Of a stretch of DNA of 64,000 bases, positions 9,537-20,000 are shown one piece after another; position 1 is the first letter of the stretch; each line of letters begins with the position of its first letter. Both the position numbers and the translations under genes were made by a program. Source of the stretch: a bacterium. Its GTDB lineage: Bacteria > Zhuqueibacterota > Zhuqueibacteria > Residuimicrobiales > Krinioviventaceae. Location: assembly GCA_963675755.2 (NCBI GenBank), contig CAXXMD010000003.1, positions 1,376,001 to 1,440,000 of the forward strand. Reading direction: 5' to 3'. The notes under the pieces were generated by a model. The model did no database searches. It was not told where the DNA came from and saw nothing but the letters and a program-made list of their open reading frames with translations.

Positions 9537-10988
9537 TCATTCTGGTTCGTCACTACCGTCCCAACTATAGCCCCATTTTTTCATATATTCCTGGCCCGGT
9601 AAAAAAGCATCACGGGTATCTAAAAGCTTTCGTTGCAGTCGCTCATCCAGCTTGGCTTTTATTGACTGATAAGAGGGATGGTCAACCAGGTTGTTCATCT
9701 GGTATGGGTCAAGAGTATTATCATATAGCAGCCAGGGTCCGTTCAGATCCTTAACATAGGTATAACGATGGGTACGCAGCCCCCTGTATTCTCTACCGCC
9801 TTTGCTGTATCCCCATTGATGAAAAGGTACGGGACAACTGAGCAACGCAACAGCTTCTTCAGGTGCCGGCGAGCCGGCAAAGATAGCGGAAAAATCAGAA
9901 CCTTCTACTGCCTTGGGAATTTGTATATCACACAAGCCCAACAAGGTTGGCATAATATCCGGCGTGTTAAAAGGTACATCCAAAACCTGCCCTTTTTTAC
10001 CATGCAATTGCGGGTATCTCAATACAAACGGGACCTTTATAGATTCGTCCCAGGGTTTTTGTTTTTTGGTCATTCCATGTGAACGCAGCATATCTCCATG
10101 GTCAGAAGTAAACACAAAAATGGTGTGCTTTTCAATGCCACTTTTCTTTATTGTATCCAACAGATCTGCAATACAATCATCCAACGCGGCCATATGTGCG
10201 TAATAGCCGGCAATTTCCTCTTTGGCGGTTTCTTCAAGTTCCTTGGGTACATTGGGACGAAGCTTAATCTTTTCAGGATCAAACATGTCTTTGTATTTTT
10301 GTAGTGCTGTCTCATAAGGAGCATGAGGCGGTCCCCACGACAACATGAGAAAAAACGGACCCTTGTCTGCATGGTTTTCAATGTACTCGTTTGCCATTTG
10401 GGTTTGAGCAATTGCATCGTACCCCTGCCAGGTCTGTTTTACATCATTTTCATCATAATAAAATGAATGGTTATAATCATGCGTACATTCTCGAGTTTTC
10501 CAGAAATCGAATCCCAATCGTCTGTCTTTTGGTACCGGTGCCTGCCGGTTTTGCGGATACGGCAATTCTTCAGATACTCCCATAAGGTGCCATTTCCCAA
10601 TATAGCCTGTTGCGTAACCTGCTTGCTTGAACGCATTGGCTAACGTTACACCTCTGGGCTTAAGTGGCTTGTCATTATAAAAAACACCGTGGGTAAGCCA
10701 ATATTGTCCTGTCATTAAACTGGCCCGATACGGACTACAAACCGGACATCCGGAAACGGCATTTGTTAAAACCAGACTTTTGGAGGCCAGATTATCCAGA
10801 TTGGGTGTATGTACCTGGTTGTTTCCGGCAAATCCGGTATCACATGCACGCCATTGGTCTGCAAACACATATACAACATTGGGTTGTTTTTTCAAAGTGT
10901 TACAATACATTAAAAAAGGTAAAGCAGATAGCGAGGCTTTTTTTATAAATTCACGACGAGTATACGGAGCCATTGATGTTTTTGTCAT
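9537..10988 (-). CDS. Formylglycine-dependent sulfatase, Tat-exported
   Basis: TRREFIK twin-arginine signal, PNVVYVFADQ, CSPYRASLMTG, GKWHL, PPHAP and FTSDHG. Confidence 0.95.
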   Translation of the reverse strand: MTKTSMAPYTRREFIKKASLSALPFLMYCNTLKKQPNVVYVFADQWRACDTGFAGNNQVHTPNLDNLASKSLVLTNAVSGCPVCSPYRASLMTGQYWLTHGVFYNDKPLKPRGVTLANAFKQAGYATGYIGKWHLMGVSEELPYPQNRQAPVPKDRRLGFDFWKTRECTHDYNHSFYYDENDVKQTWQGYDAIAQTQMANEYIENHADKGPFFLMLSWGPPHAPYETALQKYKDMFDPEKIKLRPNVPKELEETAKEEIAGYYAHMAALDDCIADLLDTIKKSGIEKHTIFVFTSDHGDMLRSHGMTKKQKPWDESIKVPFVLRYPQLHGKKGQVLDVPFNTPDIMPTLLGLCDIQIPKAVEGSDFSAIFAGSPAPEEAVALLSCPVPFHQWGYSKGGREYRGLRTHRYTYVKDLNGPWLLYDNTLDPYQMNNLVDHPSYQSIKAKLDERLQRKLLDTRDAFLPGQEYMKKWGYSWDGSDEPE

Positions 10989-11282
10989 AATACGATTTTG
11001 TCCTTTTATCTTTCAGCAAGATTCCGGATTTTTATAATATGAATATAATTCGGGTTTATTGCAATAATTTTATTAGATTACGGCAAGTATAATTATTAAC
11101 AATGGGTTATATCTCATATATTTCATTCTATTCTCTCCTTATAAAATAGCACAATACAAGAATTTCGAGTAAAAAAGATTGCATGTGTGCGGCATTTCTA
11201 TATATTAATATTATACCATATCCATTCTCAAAATAAATCACTTACTATCGTTCTTTCCATTCAAATCTGAAAGGGTTCGGCA

Positions 11283-11958
11283 ATGAAAAAACTATTAACA
11301 GTTGTGTTTATTGTGTTTCTTTTTTCAGTAATGGGTTGTCAATCTGACAACAGTGATGACGGCTGGGTTCAAATGTTTAACGGTGTTGATCTGACCGGCT
11401 GGAAAGCCAATGTAAATCCTGAATCTTACATGGTCAAAGATGGAATTCTGGTTGTTCACGATACCTCTGCAACCATTCGTTCGCATTTGTTCTATGTGGG
11501 ATGAAAAGACCCAGGACCTGGTAAAATTTAAAAACTTTGAATTGGAAATCATTTCCAAATGCGAGCCCAATTCAAATTCCGGTATCTTTTTTCATACCGA
11601 TTACTCTGAACGCGATGCGGCCAAACATCTGGGTAAAGGATATGAGATCCAGTTGAACAACTCACAGAACGATCCCCGAAAAACCGGAAGTTTATATGCA
11701 ATCAAAGACATTCACGAATCTCCGGTCGATGAAACCCAGTGGTTTAAACTTTATATCAAAGTAGACGGAAAACGTATCATAGCCAAAATTAACGATGAGC
11801 TGATAATGGATTATACCGAACCGGAAAATCCTGAACGGGTTGAAAGCCGCAAACACCGGCTTCTTGATCCTAACGGCGGCGCAATTGCAATTCAGGCACA
11901 CGATGCTAACAGCATCTGGTATTTTAAGGAAATCAAAATTAAACGGTTACCAGACTAA
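11283..11958 (+). pseudogene. DUF1080 family lipoprotein split by a frameshift near 11496-11505 (pseudogene or sequence error)
   Basis: 11283..11504 encodes a lipobox (VMGC) and GWVQMFNGVDLTGW...HLFYVG*. The +1 frame continues DEKTQDLVKFKNFEL...NSGIFFH...YEIQ...TGSLY...IAIQAH...FKEIKIK. Confidence 0.85.
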
Positions 11959-11975
11959 CAAACGGGGCAATTGTT

Positions 11976-12860
11976 ATGATTACCAGACGACAGGCATTAA
12001 AAACAATCGGAGTTTTAGGAACAGCACCCATGATTTTGAATACAAATTGCACCAAATCGCAGGCGACAAATGGCTTTTTATCCGAAATTGGAGTTTGTAC
12101 AAAGCTTGAGAATGTGCCACTGCTAAAGAAACATGGTTATAATTATTTTGAAGCATCTGTGGGACCGTTTACCGAACCCGGCAAACCGGAATCGGATTTT
12201 CTGGCTAATTTAGAGACCTTGAAGCAGATAAACATGCCGCTGCCTGCCTTTCGCAGTTTTATTCCCAGCTCGCTTAAAACTATTGGCGAACAGGTAGATG
12301 TGGATAAAATACTGACCTACTCTGAAATCGTTTTCAAACGGGTACAAATCAGCGGAGCAAAAACCATTGTTTTCGGCAGTGGTGATTCACGTAAAATCCC
12401 GGAAGGTTTTGAAAAATCAAAAGCCACAGCACAATTTGTCGAACTTATGAAAAAAATGGGGCCTTTGGCAGCAAAATATGACATTGTTATTGCGGTTGAA
12501 CATTTGAACAGCGGTGAAACCAATTTCATCAATACCCTTGCAGAAGGACTGGATATTGCCAGACAAGCCAATCACCCCAACATACAGGTTCTGGTAGATG
12601 TTTATCACATGATGCGTGAAAATGAACCCCCGGAGGTGATTCTGGAAGCCGGAAGCATGGTGAACCATACCCATATTGCAGAAAATGAAGAACGAATGTG
12701 GCCGGGTAAACGACAGGAAGATTTTAGACCCTACCTTGAAGCTATTCGAAAAATAAACTACAAGGGAAGAATGTCTCTGGAATGCGGGTGGGAAAACATG
12801 GATGAACAACTGCCAATTGCTTTGGATTTTTTACGCAAGCAAATTGCCGATGTAGCCTGA
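11976..12860 (+). CDS. Sugar phosphate isomerase/epimerase (xylose isomerase-like TIM barrel), Tat-exported
   Basis: TRRQALK signal with VFGSG..R, VEHLN..ETNFIN, DVYHM, HTHIAE and SLEC metal ligands. Confidence 0.85.
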   Translation: MITRRQALKTIGVLGTAPMILNTNCTKSQATNGFLSEIGVCTKLENVPLLKKHGYNYFEASVGPFTEPGKPESDFLANLETLKQINMPLPAFRSFIPSSLKTIGEQVDVDKILTYSEIVFKRVQISGAKTIVFGSGDSRKIPEGFEKSKATAQFVELMKKMGPLAAKYDIVIAVEHLNSGETNFINTLAEGLDIARQANHPNIQVLVDVYHMMRENEPPEVILEAGSMVNHTHIAENEERMWPGKRQEDFRPYLEAIRKINYKGRMSLECGWENMDEQLPIALDFLRKQIADVA

Positions 12861-12873
12861 TAATCGATTCATT

Positions 12874-12902
12874 AAAACGGCCCTTTTTCAGGGTCGTTTT
12901 TT
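12874..12902. terminator. Bidirectional intrinsic terminator
   Basis: AAAACGGCCCT-TTTTC-AGGGTCGTTTTTT between convergent genes. Confidence 0.75.
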
Positions 12903-12904
12903 AT

Positions 12905-13393
12905 TTACTCCTTCAACATGGAAAACATGCGGTTTTGAAGTTCGTTGAAAATGAAACGTAATTGGTCAGGTAATTGACAGGATCCAGGCATATAAGCATG
13001 TACTGTATCTGCCTTGTCCTGATGAAAAAAAATGATAAGATGATCATCCAGATCTGTAAAAATTTCTTCTGGCAAATATCTATAATCAAAATATTGAAAA
13101 TACCCAAACAATTCCGAAATTTCCTTTTTTTCATCATCAGTCAGTGTCGTATATGCACTATCCAACACAGTCTGAGCGTTTGCATGTTGTAATTCTTTGG
13201 CAATGACCGCCCCATCCGAAAAAACATCAAGCGTATAAGAACTTGACCATCCGTTCACTATCCTATAATGGATCTCTGACTGTGAGAAATCAATTTTTTC
13301 CGGTTCAACCCCTACAGGATTCATGGGATTCTTGCTGGTTGAACAGGAAAAAAACAGCAAGAATAACAAAAATAATAAAACATTCTTTTTCAT
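12905..13393 (-). CDS. Hypothetical lipoprotein
   Basis: MKKNVLLFLLFLLFFSC lipobox. GAGGGG upstream supports the ATG at 13393. Confidence 0.75.
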   Translation of the reverse strand: MKKNVLLFLLFLLFFSCSTSKNPMNPVGVEPEKIDFSQSEIHYRIVNGWSSSYTLDVFSDGAVIAKELQHANAQTVLDSAYTTLTDDEKKEISELFGYFQYFDYRYLPEEIFTDLDDHLIIFFHQDKADTVHAYMPGSCQLPDQLRFIFNELQNRMFSMLKE

Positions 13394-13432
13394 GATAATA
13401 CCCCTCAAATACCTGGCCTGTAATACATTCAC

Positions 13433-14869
13433 TTATTTTATTAAGGTCAGTTTTAGCATTCGAGTTCCTGCATTGCTTTGCAATTGACAGAAATAGATCC
13501 CCGATGATACAGGGGAACCGCTATCATCCCGACCATCCCACATCTGTTCATATTCACCGGCTGCGTGATACGCATCGGTCAGGGTAGCTACTTGTCTGCC
13601 GGAAACATCAAAAATCCTTACAGCTAATTGTGAATTTCGATCCACATTATAGCGAACAACTGTACGGCTGTTAAAAGGATTGGGATAACTGCCAGCAAGA
13701 TCAAAACCGCTTGCAATCTGTTCTTTAGGATCTGCAATGTCTGTTGCCTGATCAATCAATAGTCCGGTCAGGGTACGGGTTACAGGAGACAGATTGGCAA
13801 AATGATCGTTATTGAGAACACATACGGAAAAATCCATTTCAGGTGAATACACCAACTGTGAAGCATAACCGGGAATGTGACCGGTATGGCCGTAAAACGC
13901 ATGACCGTCATAGGTATAAAACATAACGCCCAAGCTATAATTCTCTTGCAAACCGGATTGCGCATCAATAGGTCTGCTGTTGAGCATGGTATCCAGCAAC
14001 GCAGGCGTTAACACCTCCCCGCGATACAGACATTGGCCCCAATGTGCCAGATCTTTAGCAGTGGAAACAATGGCCCCGGCGGTCCAGGCCGCACTGTAAA
14101 TGGCTGTACGGGGAAATACACCCATATCATCCAGAACGCCATCATTATTCAGATCCATATAGCCGTTGGCAATCACGCAGGTATCCGGAATGCTCTGTTC
14201 CACATCCATAAACGTTCGGGGTAATCCGCAGGTATTAAAAAAGCGTGATACATATTCATTCTCTAACGAATCCACCTGCAGGGCCTTGCAGGCAATCATG
14301 CCCAGTAGAATATAATTGGTATTGGAATAGTGGTAATCGGTTCCAGGCTCAAAGTAGGGAGCCAGCACAAGCGACAAGATTTCTTCCGGGGACCAGTATT
14401 GATCGGGATGCATTAAAACCGCAAGCTGACCATTGAGATTATCACTATACTCATACAACCCGCTGCTGTGGTTCAACAATTGACGGATGGTAATGCTGTT
14501 ATCAATATTATCATAATCAGACAGCCAGTCTGAAAGCGGATCGTCAAGGCCAAGCAATCCCTGATCCATGAGCTGCAAAATTAATGACGCGGTAAATGTT
14601 TTGGTTATGCTGGCGGCACTGAAAAGCATATCGGGTTCAACTGCGGCACCGGTGGATGTGTTGGCGGTTCCGGCTGTACCCTGCCAATATGTACCATCTG
14701 CGAATTCAACAGCGGCAGACAACCCGGTATATCCTTCAACGGATTGTAAACTGTCTAACGCTGTTTGTAATCGTTGAAACAATTCAGAACTGGGGGTAAC
14801 TGTTTGTGAAAAAACAACCGTTTGGGTAATTATAAATATAACCACAGCTTTGCGGAGGCATCGTATCAT
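13433..14869 (-). CDS. Beta-lactamase-family serine hydrolase (D-Ala-D-Ala peptidase-like) with C-terminal sorting domain
   Basis: SITK, LLNHSSG, YSN and HTG motifs, a signal peptide, and a C-terminal YPNPFN...IFDVSGRQV...WDG...SGIYF domain. Confidence 0.9.
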   Translation of the reverse strand: MIRCLRKAVVIFIITQTVVFSQTVTPSSELFQRLQTALDSLQSVEGYTGLSAAVEFADGTYWQGTAGTANTSTGAAVEPDMLFSAASITKTFTASLILQLMDQGLLGLDDPLSDWLSDYDNIDNSITIRQLLNHSSGLYEYSDNLNGQLAVLMHPDQYWSPEEILSLVLAPYFEPGTDYHYSNTNYILLGMIACKALQVDSLENEYVSRFFNTCGLPRTFMDVEQSIPDTCVIANGYMDLNNDGVLDDMGVFPRTAIYSAAWTAGAIVSTAKDLAHWGQCLYRGEVLTPALLDTMLNSRPIDAQSGLQENYSLGVMFYTYDGHAFYGHTGHIPGYASQLVYSPEMDFSVCVLNNDHFANLSPVTRTLTGLLIDQATDIADPKEQIASGFDLAGSYPNPFNSRTVVRYNVDRNSQLAVRIFDVSGRQVATLTDAYHAAGEYEQMWDGRDDSGSPVSSGIYFCQLQSNAGTRMLKLTLIK

Positions 14870-14990
14870 ATCACATTCCATATATTATTATAATCGTTAA
14901 CAAGGTTTGTTGTTGAATTTACAGCTTTTTGGGGTGATTTCAAAAGATTAATATTGAGGTGACTTTTGATCCAATTTCAAAGGGACTAGA

Positions 14991-15047
14991 GTTGCCGGTG
15001 CTTCACTTTTCTCGTCCGCTTTCGCGGACCCGCACTCAGCAACCGGC
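14991..15047. repeat. Structured REP-like element; inverted copy at 61316-61372
   Basis: The reverse complement matches 61316-61372 at 44/57 positions (hand count). Outer GCCGGT/ACCGGC stem and inner GTCCGC-GAAA-GCGGAC hairpin on the minus strand. Confidence 0.8.
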
Positions 15048-15086
15048 ATTGTGCTATTTTTAGTGTTTCGTGGGATACTATTCATA

Positions 15087-15221
15087 GCGTATTCAAACAG
15101 GAGTTTGGATACGAGCAATATGGGACGAATGTCCCTATATGATATTCCGTGATGCAGGGATCTGCATCACGATCAATAACAGCAAACTTGCCCGGCACCT
15201 CGGAGGTGCCGGGCAAATCTT
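15087..15221 (+). repeat. 135-bp multi-hairpin direct repeat, copy 1
   Basis: 125/135 identical to 16011-16145 (hand count). Contains four tandem palindromes. Confidence 0.95.
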
Positions 15222-15283
15222 CGCTTCCCGCTTTTTTGTGTATTTCGTGAGAAACTATTTTTTCGCTTTTAAAACACAGCGGA

Positions 15284-15985
15284 TTATTGGGGCTTTAAAA
15301 TAATACCAAGATCAACACTCATCATAAATGTCAGGGTATTCATACTGGTGTCCAACTCGGCCCGATCAAGGGTATGGATCTCAAAAAAATGCATGGAATA
15401 TTGGACCAAAAATTCAACCCTGGGTACGTTCAACCCCATGGCAAAATTCCATGCAAAACCAGAGCTCTTGAGAATGTAAGGAGCCGAACTGACATCACCG
15501 GTTGCGTATCTAAAATAATAGTTCATTTCATCCCATTCAGCTAAATCAGCAATATCCCGGATAAATGTTTTATTAATGATACTGCTGTTGTCACGCATCC
15601 CGATTTTTACAGCCGGACCTGTTTGTACAAATCCCTTCATGGCTTTATATTGTTTTAATACCGATCTAATTTGGGCATTTATCTCAAAAAAAGTAATATC
15701 ATAGGTGATATCACTCGTATATACCGGCCCGGTATAGGTTCCTCCTAAAACCTGATCTTTGATCACACCTTTTTTTCTGTCCCACAGCACACCAATATGG
15801 ATCCCGACATTTTCATCCGAGGGGATGTAAAAATGAAATCCAAACGTGGGTGCCCAACCGGATTGGGCATCCGTGTTGCTCAAGTAATTGTAACCGGTTC
15901 CCAAAACAAGACTCGCGCTGGCAGCCGCAGTAATATTGGGTAAAGCTGCCAGAATCAAAACCAGTAAAAATATAATCTTTTTCAT
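15284..15985 (-). CDS. Small outer-membrane beta-barrel protein (PorT/OmpA-membrane-domain-like)
   Basis: Signal peptide MKKIIFLLVLILAALP from the ATG at 15985 and amphipathic strands. The longer ORF-track start lies inside the repeat. Confidence 0.7.
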   Translation of the reverse strand: MKKIIFLLVLILAALPNITAAASASLVLGTGYNYLSNTDAQSGWAPTFGFHFYIPSDENVGIHIGVLWDRKKGVIKDQVLGGTYTGPVYTSDITYDITFFEINAQIRSVLKQYKAMKGFVQTGPAVKIGMRDNSSIINKTFIRDIADLAEWDEMNYYFRYATGDVSSAPYILKSSGFAWNFAMGLNVPRVEFLVQYSMHFFEIHTLDRAELDTSMNTLTFMMSVDLGIILKPQ

Positions 15986-16010
15986 AATGATCCTAAATAC
16001 AAAATTTATT

Positions 16011-16145
16011 GCGTACCCAAACAGGAGTTTGGGTACGAGCAAGATGGGACGTATGTCCCTATATGATATTCCGGAATGCAGAGATCTGCATCACGATCAA
16101 TAAAAGCAAACTTGCCCGGCACCTCAGAGGTGCCGGGCAAATCTT
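16011..16145 (+). repeat. 135-bp multi-hairpin direct repeat, copy 2
   Basis: Direct repeat of 15087-15221, followed by TTCGTG..CCGTG..TTCGTGG short repeats at about 16159-16185. Confidence 0.95.
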
Positions 16146-16199
16146 TACAACCGGTATATTCGTGTACATCCGTGTAATTCGTGGGTAAAAAACAAACCC

Positions 16200-17066
16200 C
16201 TATATCAATGACCGGAACAGTTCCAAATTCTCATCTACCTGAAAATCAAACATCCCCACACAGAGAAAATCCGCACCGGCATCAAGCGCCTGTTTAAATC
16301 CTTCTTTGGGATCAATACGTCCTGCTGCAAGCACTTTGAATGCAATCCACGGAACCGTTACCTGCGCCATCACTTTTAACGTGTCCTCATAATCAGGACA
16401 GTTGTATTCCAGCGGATTCAGGGTTTTCATGTAAAAATCAGGTACAATGCCCGCTTCTTCACATGCCGCAATAGTACGGTAATCGTGTGCGCCTACACCT
16501 GCAAGATTTCCCAGATCGCGGATGTAGTTCAAATGATCAACAATTTGTTGTATCTGATTTTCCTGTACAAAATAATCCGCAGACTGGCCCTGAATATACA
16601 CCCCGGTTGCTCCGTTATCTACAGACCACTTTATGTTCTCCCGGATCTGGGCCGGGGTCGCACCGCGCATAGGTTTAGCAGACGTTTGTGCCAGCCACGG
16701 CATCATAGTACCGGTCTCTTGCTTGTATTTTTTCAAAAACCCGATGGTGTTATCATCAACCCGTCCCAAAAAAGTATTGATTCCTCCGGCAACAGACATC
16801 CGCATAACCTCTACAATCTTTTCATGGGTCAAATACTGCTTGAAAAGTTTGTTGGTATAGACCAGCGGCTCCCCATGCGAGATCCCGCTAAAGGGATTTC
16901 CACCCAAAATCATACGACTTACATCCAGCTCACCAATTTTTCGCGATGGCAGCGATGATGTGGGTAAAACGGTCTGATCTTTTGTACTACAGGAAAGCCC
17001 GGCAATTCCTGTGGTAACTGCTGCTGTCTTGATGAAAGTTCTTCGGTCCAGTGTTTTCATACTCAT
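16200..17066 (-). CDS. Aldo/keto reductase-like protein, Tat-exported
   Basis: DRRTFIK signal with a lipobox-like GLSC, then VSRMILGGNP, AFKVLAAGR and ADFLCVGM. Confidence 0.7.
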   Translation of the reverse strand: MSMKTLDRRTFIKTAAVTTGIAGLSCSTKDQTVLPTSSLPSRKIGELDVSRMILGGNPFSGISHGEPLVYTNKLFKQYLTHEKIVEVMRMSVAGGINTFLGRVDDNTIGFLKKYKQETGTMMPWLAQTSAKPMRGATPAQIRENIKWSVDNGATGVYIQGQSADYFVQENQIQQIVDHLNYIRDLGNLAGVGAHDYRTIAACEEAGIVPDFYMKTLNPLEYNCPDYEDTLKVMAQVTVPWIAFKVLAAGRIDPKEGFKQALDAGADFLCVGMFDFQVDENLELFRSLI

Positions 17067-17078
17067 ATCCTCGTTTTG

Positions 17079-20000
17079 TTATTTCACAAACAACATTTTA
17101 CCAAACTCTTTATAATCATTTGCTGTTAACCTGTAAAAATAAATACCGGATGCCAATCCCTCACCATTAAACCGAACCTGGTGAACACCCGCCTGAACTT
17201 GTCCATCAATCAAGGTCCGTACCAGACGACCTGTAACATCATACACTTTTAGCTCAACATGTCCCTTTTGTGGTATTTGAAATGACAGCATAGTTTCAGG
17301 ATTAAAGGGATTGGGATAATTGGGAAACAATCGATAATCCATTGTTACCGGTTCGTTTTCACTAATCGCATTCACATCACGATGGTCCATTGCTAAAATT
17401 ATATCATAAGTAGCTACAAACAATCGATGGTCCGCCAGCGCCGGTTGCGTGAATCGCATCATGCCTCCTTCCTGCGAACAAAACAAACTGTCTCCTGTGT
17501 TTACATCAAATGCCCACAACTCGTCATTAATAACATATACAACATCATTGGCAATGAGAGGTTCAGTCAACCTCCAGTCCGGGAAATCATAATGCCAAAG
17601 CAAACTGCCGTCTGTTTTATCAAAGGTGCGCAATTCCGCAACCGTATCTGAATTACCACCAATTGCAAGACAGATATGTGAATTGTCAACTGCAATGTGA
17701 TTTGTATATCCGCTGACCATATCCATATCATCAATAAACGTAGACCAGATTATACTGCCATCCGATTTATTACGCGATATCAGAGAATCATTGTGGAATG
17801 TATACATAAAGTAATCATCCAAAACCAGGGGACCATTATAATGCAAGTTTGTCAATTCCCATTTCAAAGTGCCATTAACTTTATCAAAACATAATATTTT
17901 TCGTCCTGTATTATAATAAACAAAATCATCATCCACAACCGGTGTCATTTGCCTGGTAATATACTCATTATCATGAGACCATAACGTTTCACCGTTTTCC
18001 AAATCGAGACAATAAAGCGAATCACTACAGATAAATACCCGACCATCATCTATAACCGGATTTTGCAAATGTAACGGACCCAAAGGTTTTAACCAGAGTT
18101 CTTCACCCGTATGCAGGTCCAGACCATATAATCCCTGTGCGTGTTGTGCGCCAAATACGACTATATTCCCATCCGTTGCCGGAATACAGTCCAGGGCACT
18201 TGTTGAACCCGGAGGTTCAAAACTCCACAAAATCTCACGGGTATTTATATCAAAGATTGTAAATTTGACCGGATCATTAGAATAGCCTACAATGAGATAG
18301 TCCCCAAACGTTTTCAAAACTTCCACACCATACTCGGCATCCGCAAAATATTCAACAGCATTCAGGGGCGGATACAAGACATCTTCATCTTTTAACCAAT
18401 TATTGCCCAGTGGATTTCCATGCACCATGGGCCAGTCATATTGTTTGATAGTATCTTTATGTGTTGCAAGGGTAATGGTGCCCAATGGCAGGGCAGAATC
18501 CCACAAACAATTCATTGGCCACTCACCACTGTTGCCGTATCCATTGCCATAAAAGGTACCGGGATCTTCAATCCAGATTGCTGCTTTTATATCATCGCCT
18601 GCTGATGCTTTGAGCGCACTGGATTTCAAGCTGATACGTGCTTCATACCAGATATGACCATCATTATCTTCTACTGCGAATTCTATATTATCATCAATTT
18701 TCGGAACACCAAAATGCATCCCGTCCGGGTATTCCCCCAGAAACGGGGTAAACTGGGTAGAAGCATTGGTTAAACGGATCATACCCTCTTCAAGAGATAG
18801 AGAGGATTCCCAGCGGCCGTCACCATTTTCATCAAACAGCAATCCCAATGCGTTTCCGGGATCAAGCATAAAATCATTGGCATCATAAGCTGCCAGATAT
18901 AGGTTGTCATCATCATTCATAACGATCAGTACAACCATATCCTGTGCATCTGGATTTTTGATATTCATGGGAATTGCGCCTTTCCACTCTTCCAAATCAT
19001 AATCCGGAATACCATTGATGTTGGGAACCGTACTTGCCCACTGTGAACGAATCTTGTGCCCGCCGGCTTGCGGCTTGACCGTATCAGGTAATATAATAGC
19101 AGGTGCACCACTGCCATCCATTTCAATGGAATAGAGATATTCCTGCCCATTTTCTGCCGTGGTATCGATATAATCCAGCATCATGTTGGGTAAAATACGC
19201 GTTGAGGGATCAACCGTTGCTATCATCTCAGGTCCAGATATGCCGGGCAGCATACGATATATATTATATTTTTCAACATCCTGATAGCCATAAGGCGGTT
19301 CCCAGGATATGGGGACCATGCTGTCAAATCCTGAACCAAAAGTCATACGCATGGGGATTTTTTCACCATTCCAATCAGCAAAAACATCCAATTCATCAAC
19401 CGTTCCATCCTGCCAGACATATAATGAATTCTTTAAATGGGAAAGTGCAAGATCAAAATAAAAATAGCCTCCATCAAAATCACAAACATGATATGGATTT
19501 GGAGAAAATGCCATATCCGGAGCGTAATTATCAGAATACAGTCCCCATTCGCCATCTTTGAATCCCAACCAAAGGAGCTCAAACACATTCCATTCCGGAT
19601 GAGCTGCAATTCGCGATAAACTGACAAAATTATATTCATCCAGTGTCGAAATACGTTCCGGGCCTATCAAGCGGTTGGCATTAGCATCATAAACGCTGAT
19701 ATACGCCTCACGTCCCGGATCTTCGCTTCCCGAGGTCCAGGTTATACCGAAACGTCCATCAGCCAATACCGCTACATCAGGTGACCAGCAATCTAACGAA
19801 CTGTCAAGATGTGTGCTGACAACAAATTCTGAAGAAACGGGCGTTCCTTCTTTATCAAAAATTCGTGCATAAATTTCACCTGATCCTTCTGCACTGTGTT
19901 GCCAAACAATACAGAAATTACCGGAATCGGAAATCGCAATTCGGGATTGTATCTGGAGATATTGGGTAGATTGGTTGACCAGAAAATTTTCACCAATGGG

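Noticed and set aside
11502-11504. Selenocysteine readthrough of the DUF1080 TGA
   Set aside because: In-frame readthrough hits TAA after eight codons, and the conserved domain continues in a different frame.
14991-15047. Hammerhead ribozyme (CTGA...GTCC-GAAA-GGAC-GA resemblance)
   Set aside because: The core needs CUGANGA directly before stem II and GAAA after it. Here it is CTGAGTGCG(G/A) and GAG, with no stem III or cleavage triplet evident.
15986-16042. N-terminal extension of the 15284..16042 ORF
   Set aside because: It starts inside the repeat hairpin, and the signal peptide begins at the ATG at 15985.
15087-16145. Integron attC cassette
   Set aside because: I could not identify RYYYAAC...GTTRRRY ends forming one long imperfect hairpin. 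The unit is several short independent hairpins, and no integrase is in the window.
14991-16190. CRISPR array interpretation of the palindromic repeats
   Set aside because: There is no regular repeat-spacer periodicity, linkers are conserved between copies rather than unique, and no cas genes are present.
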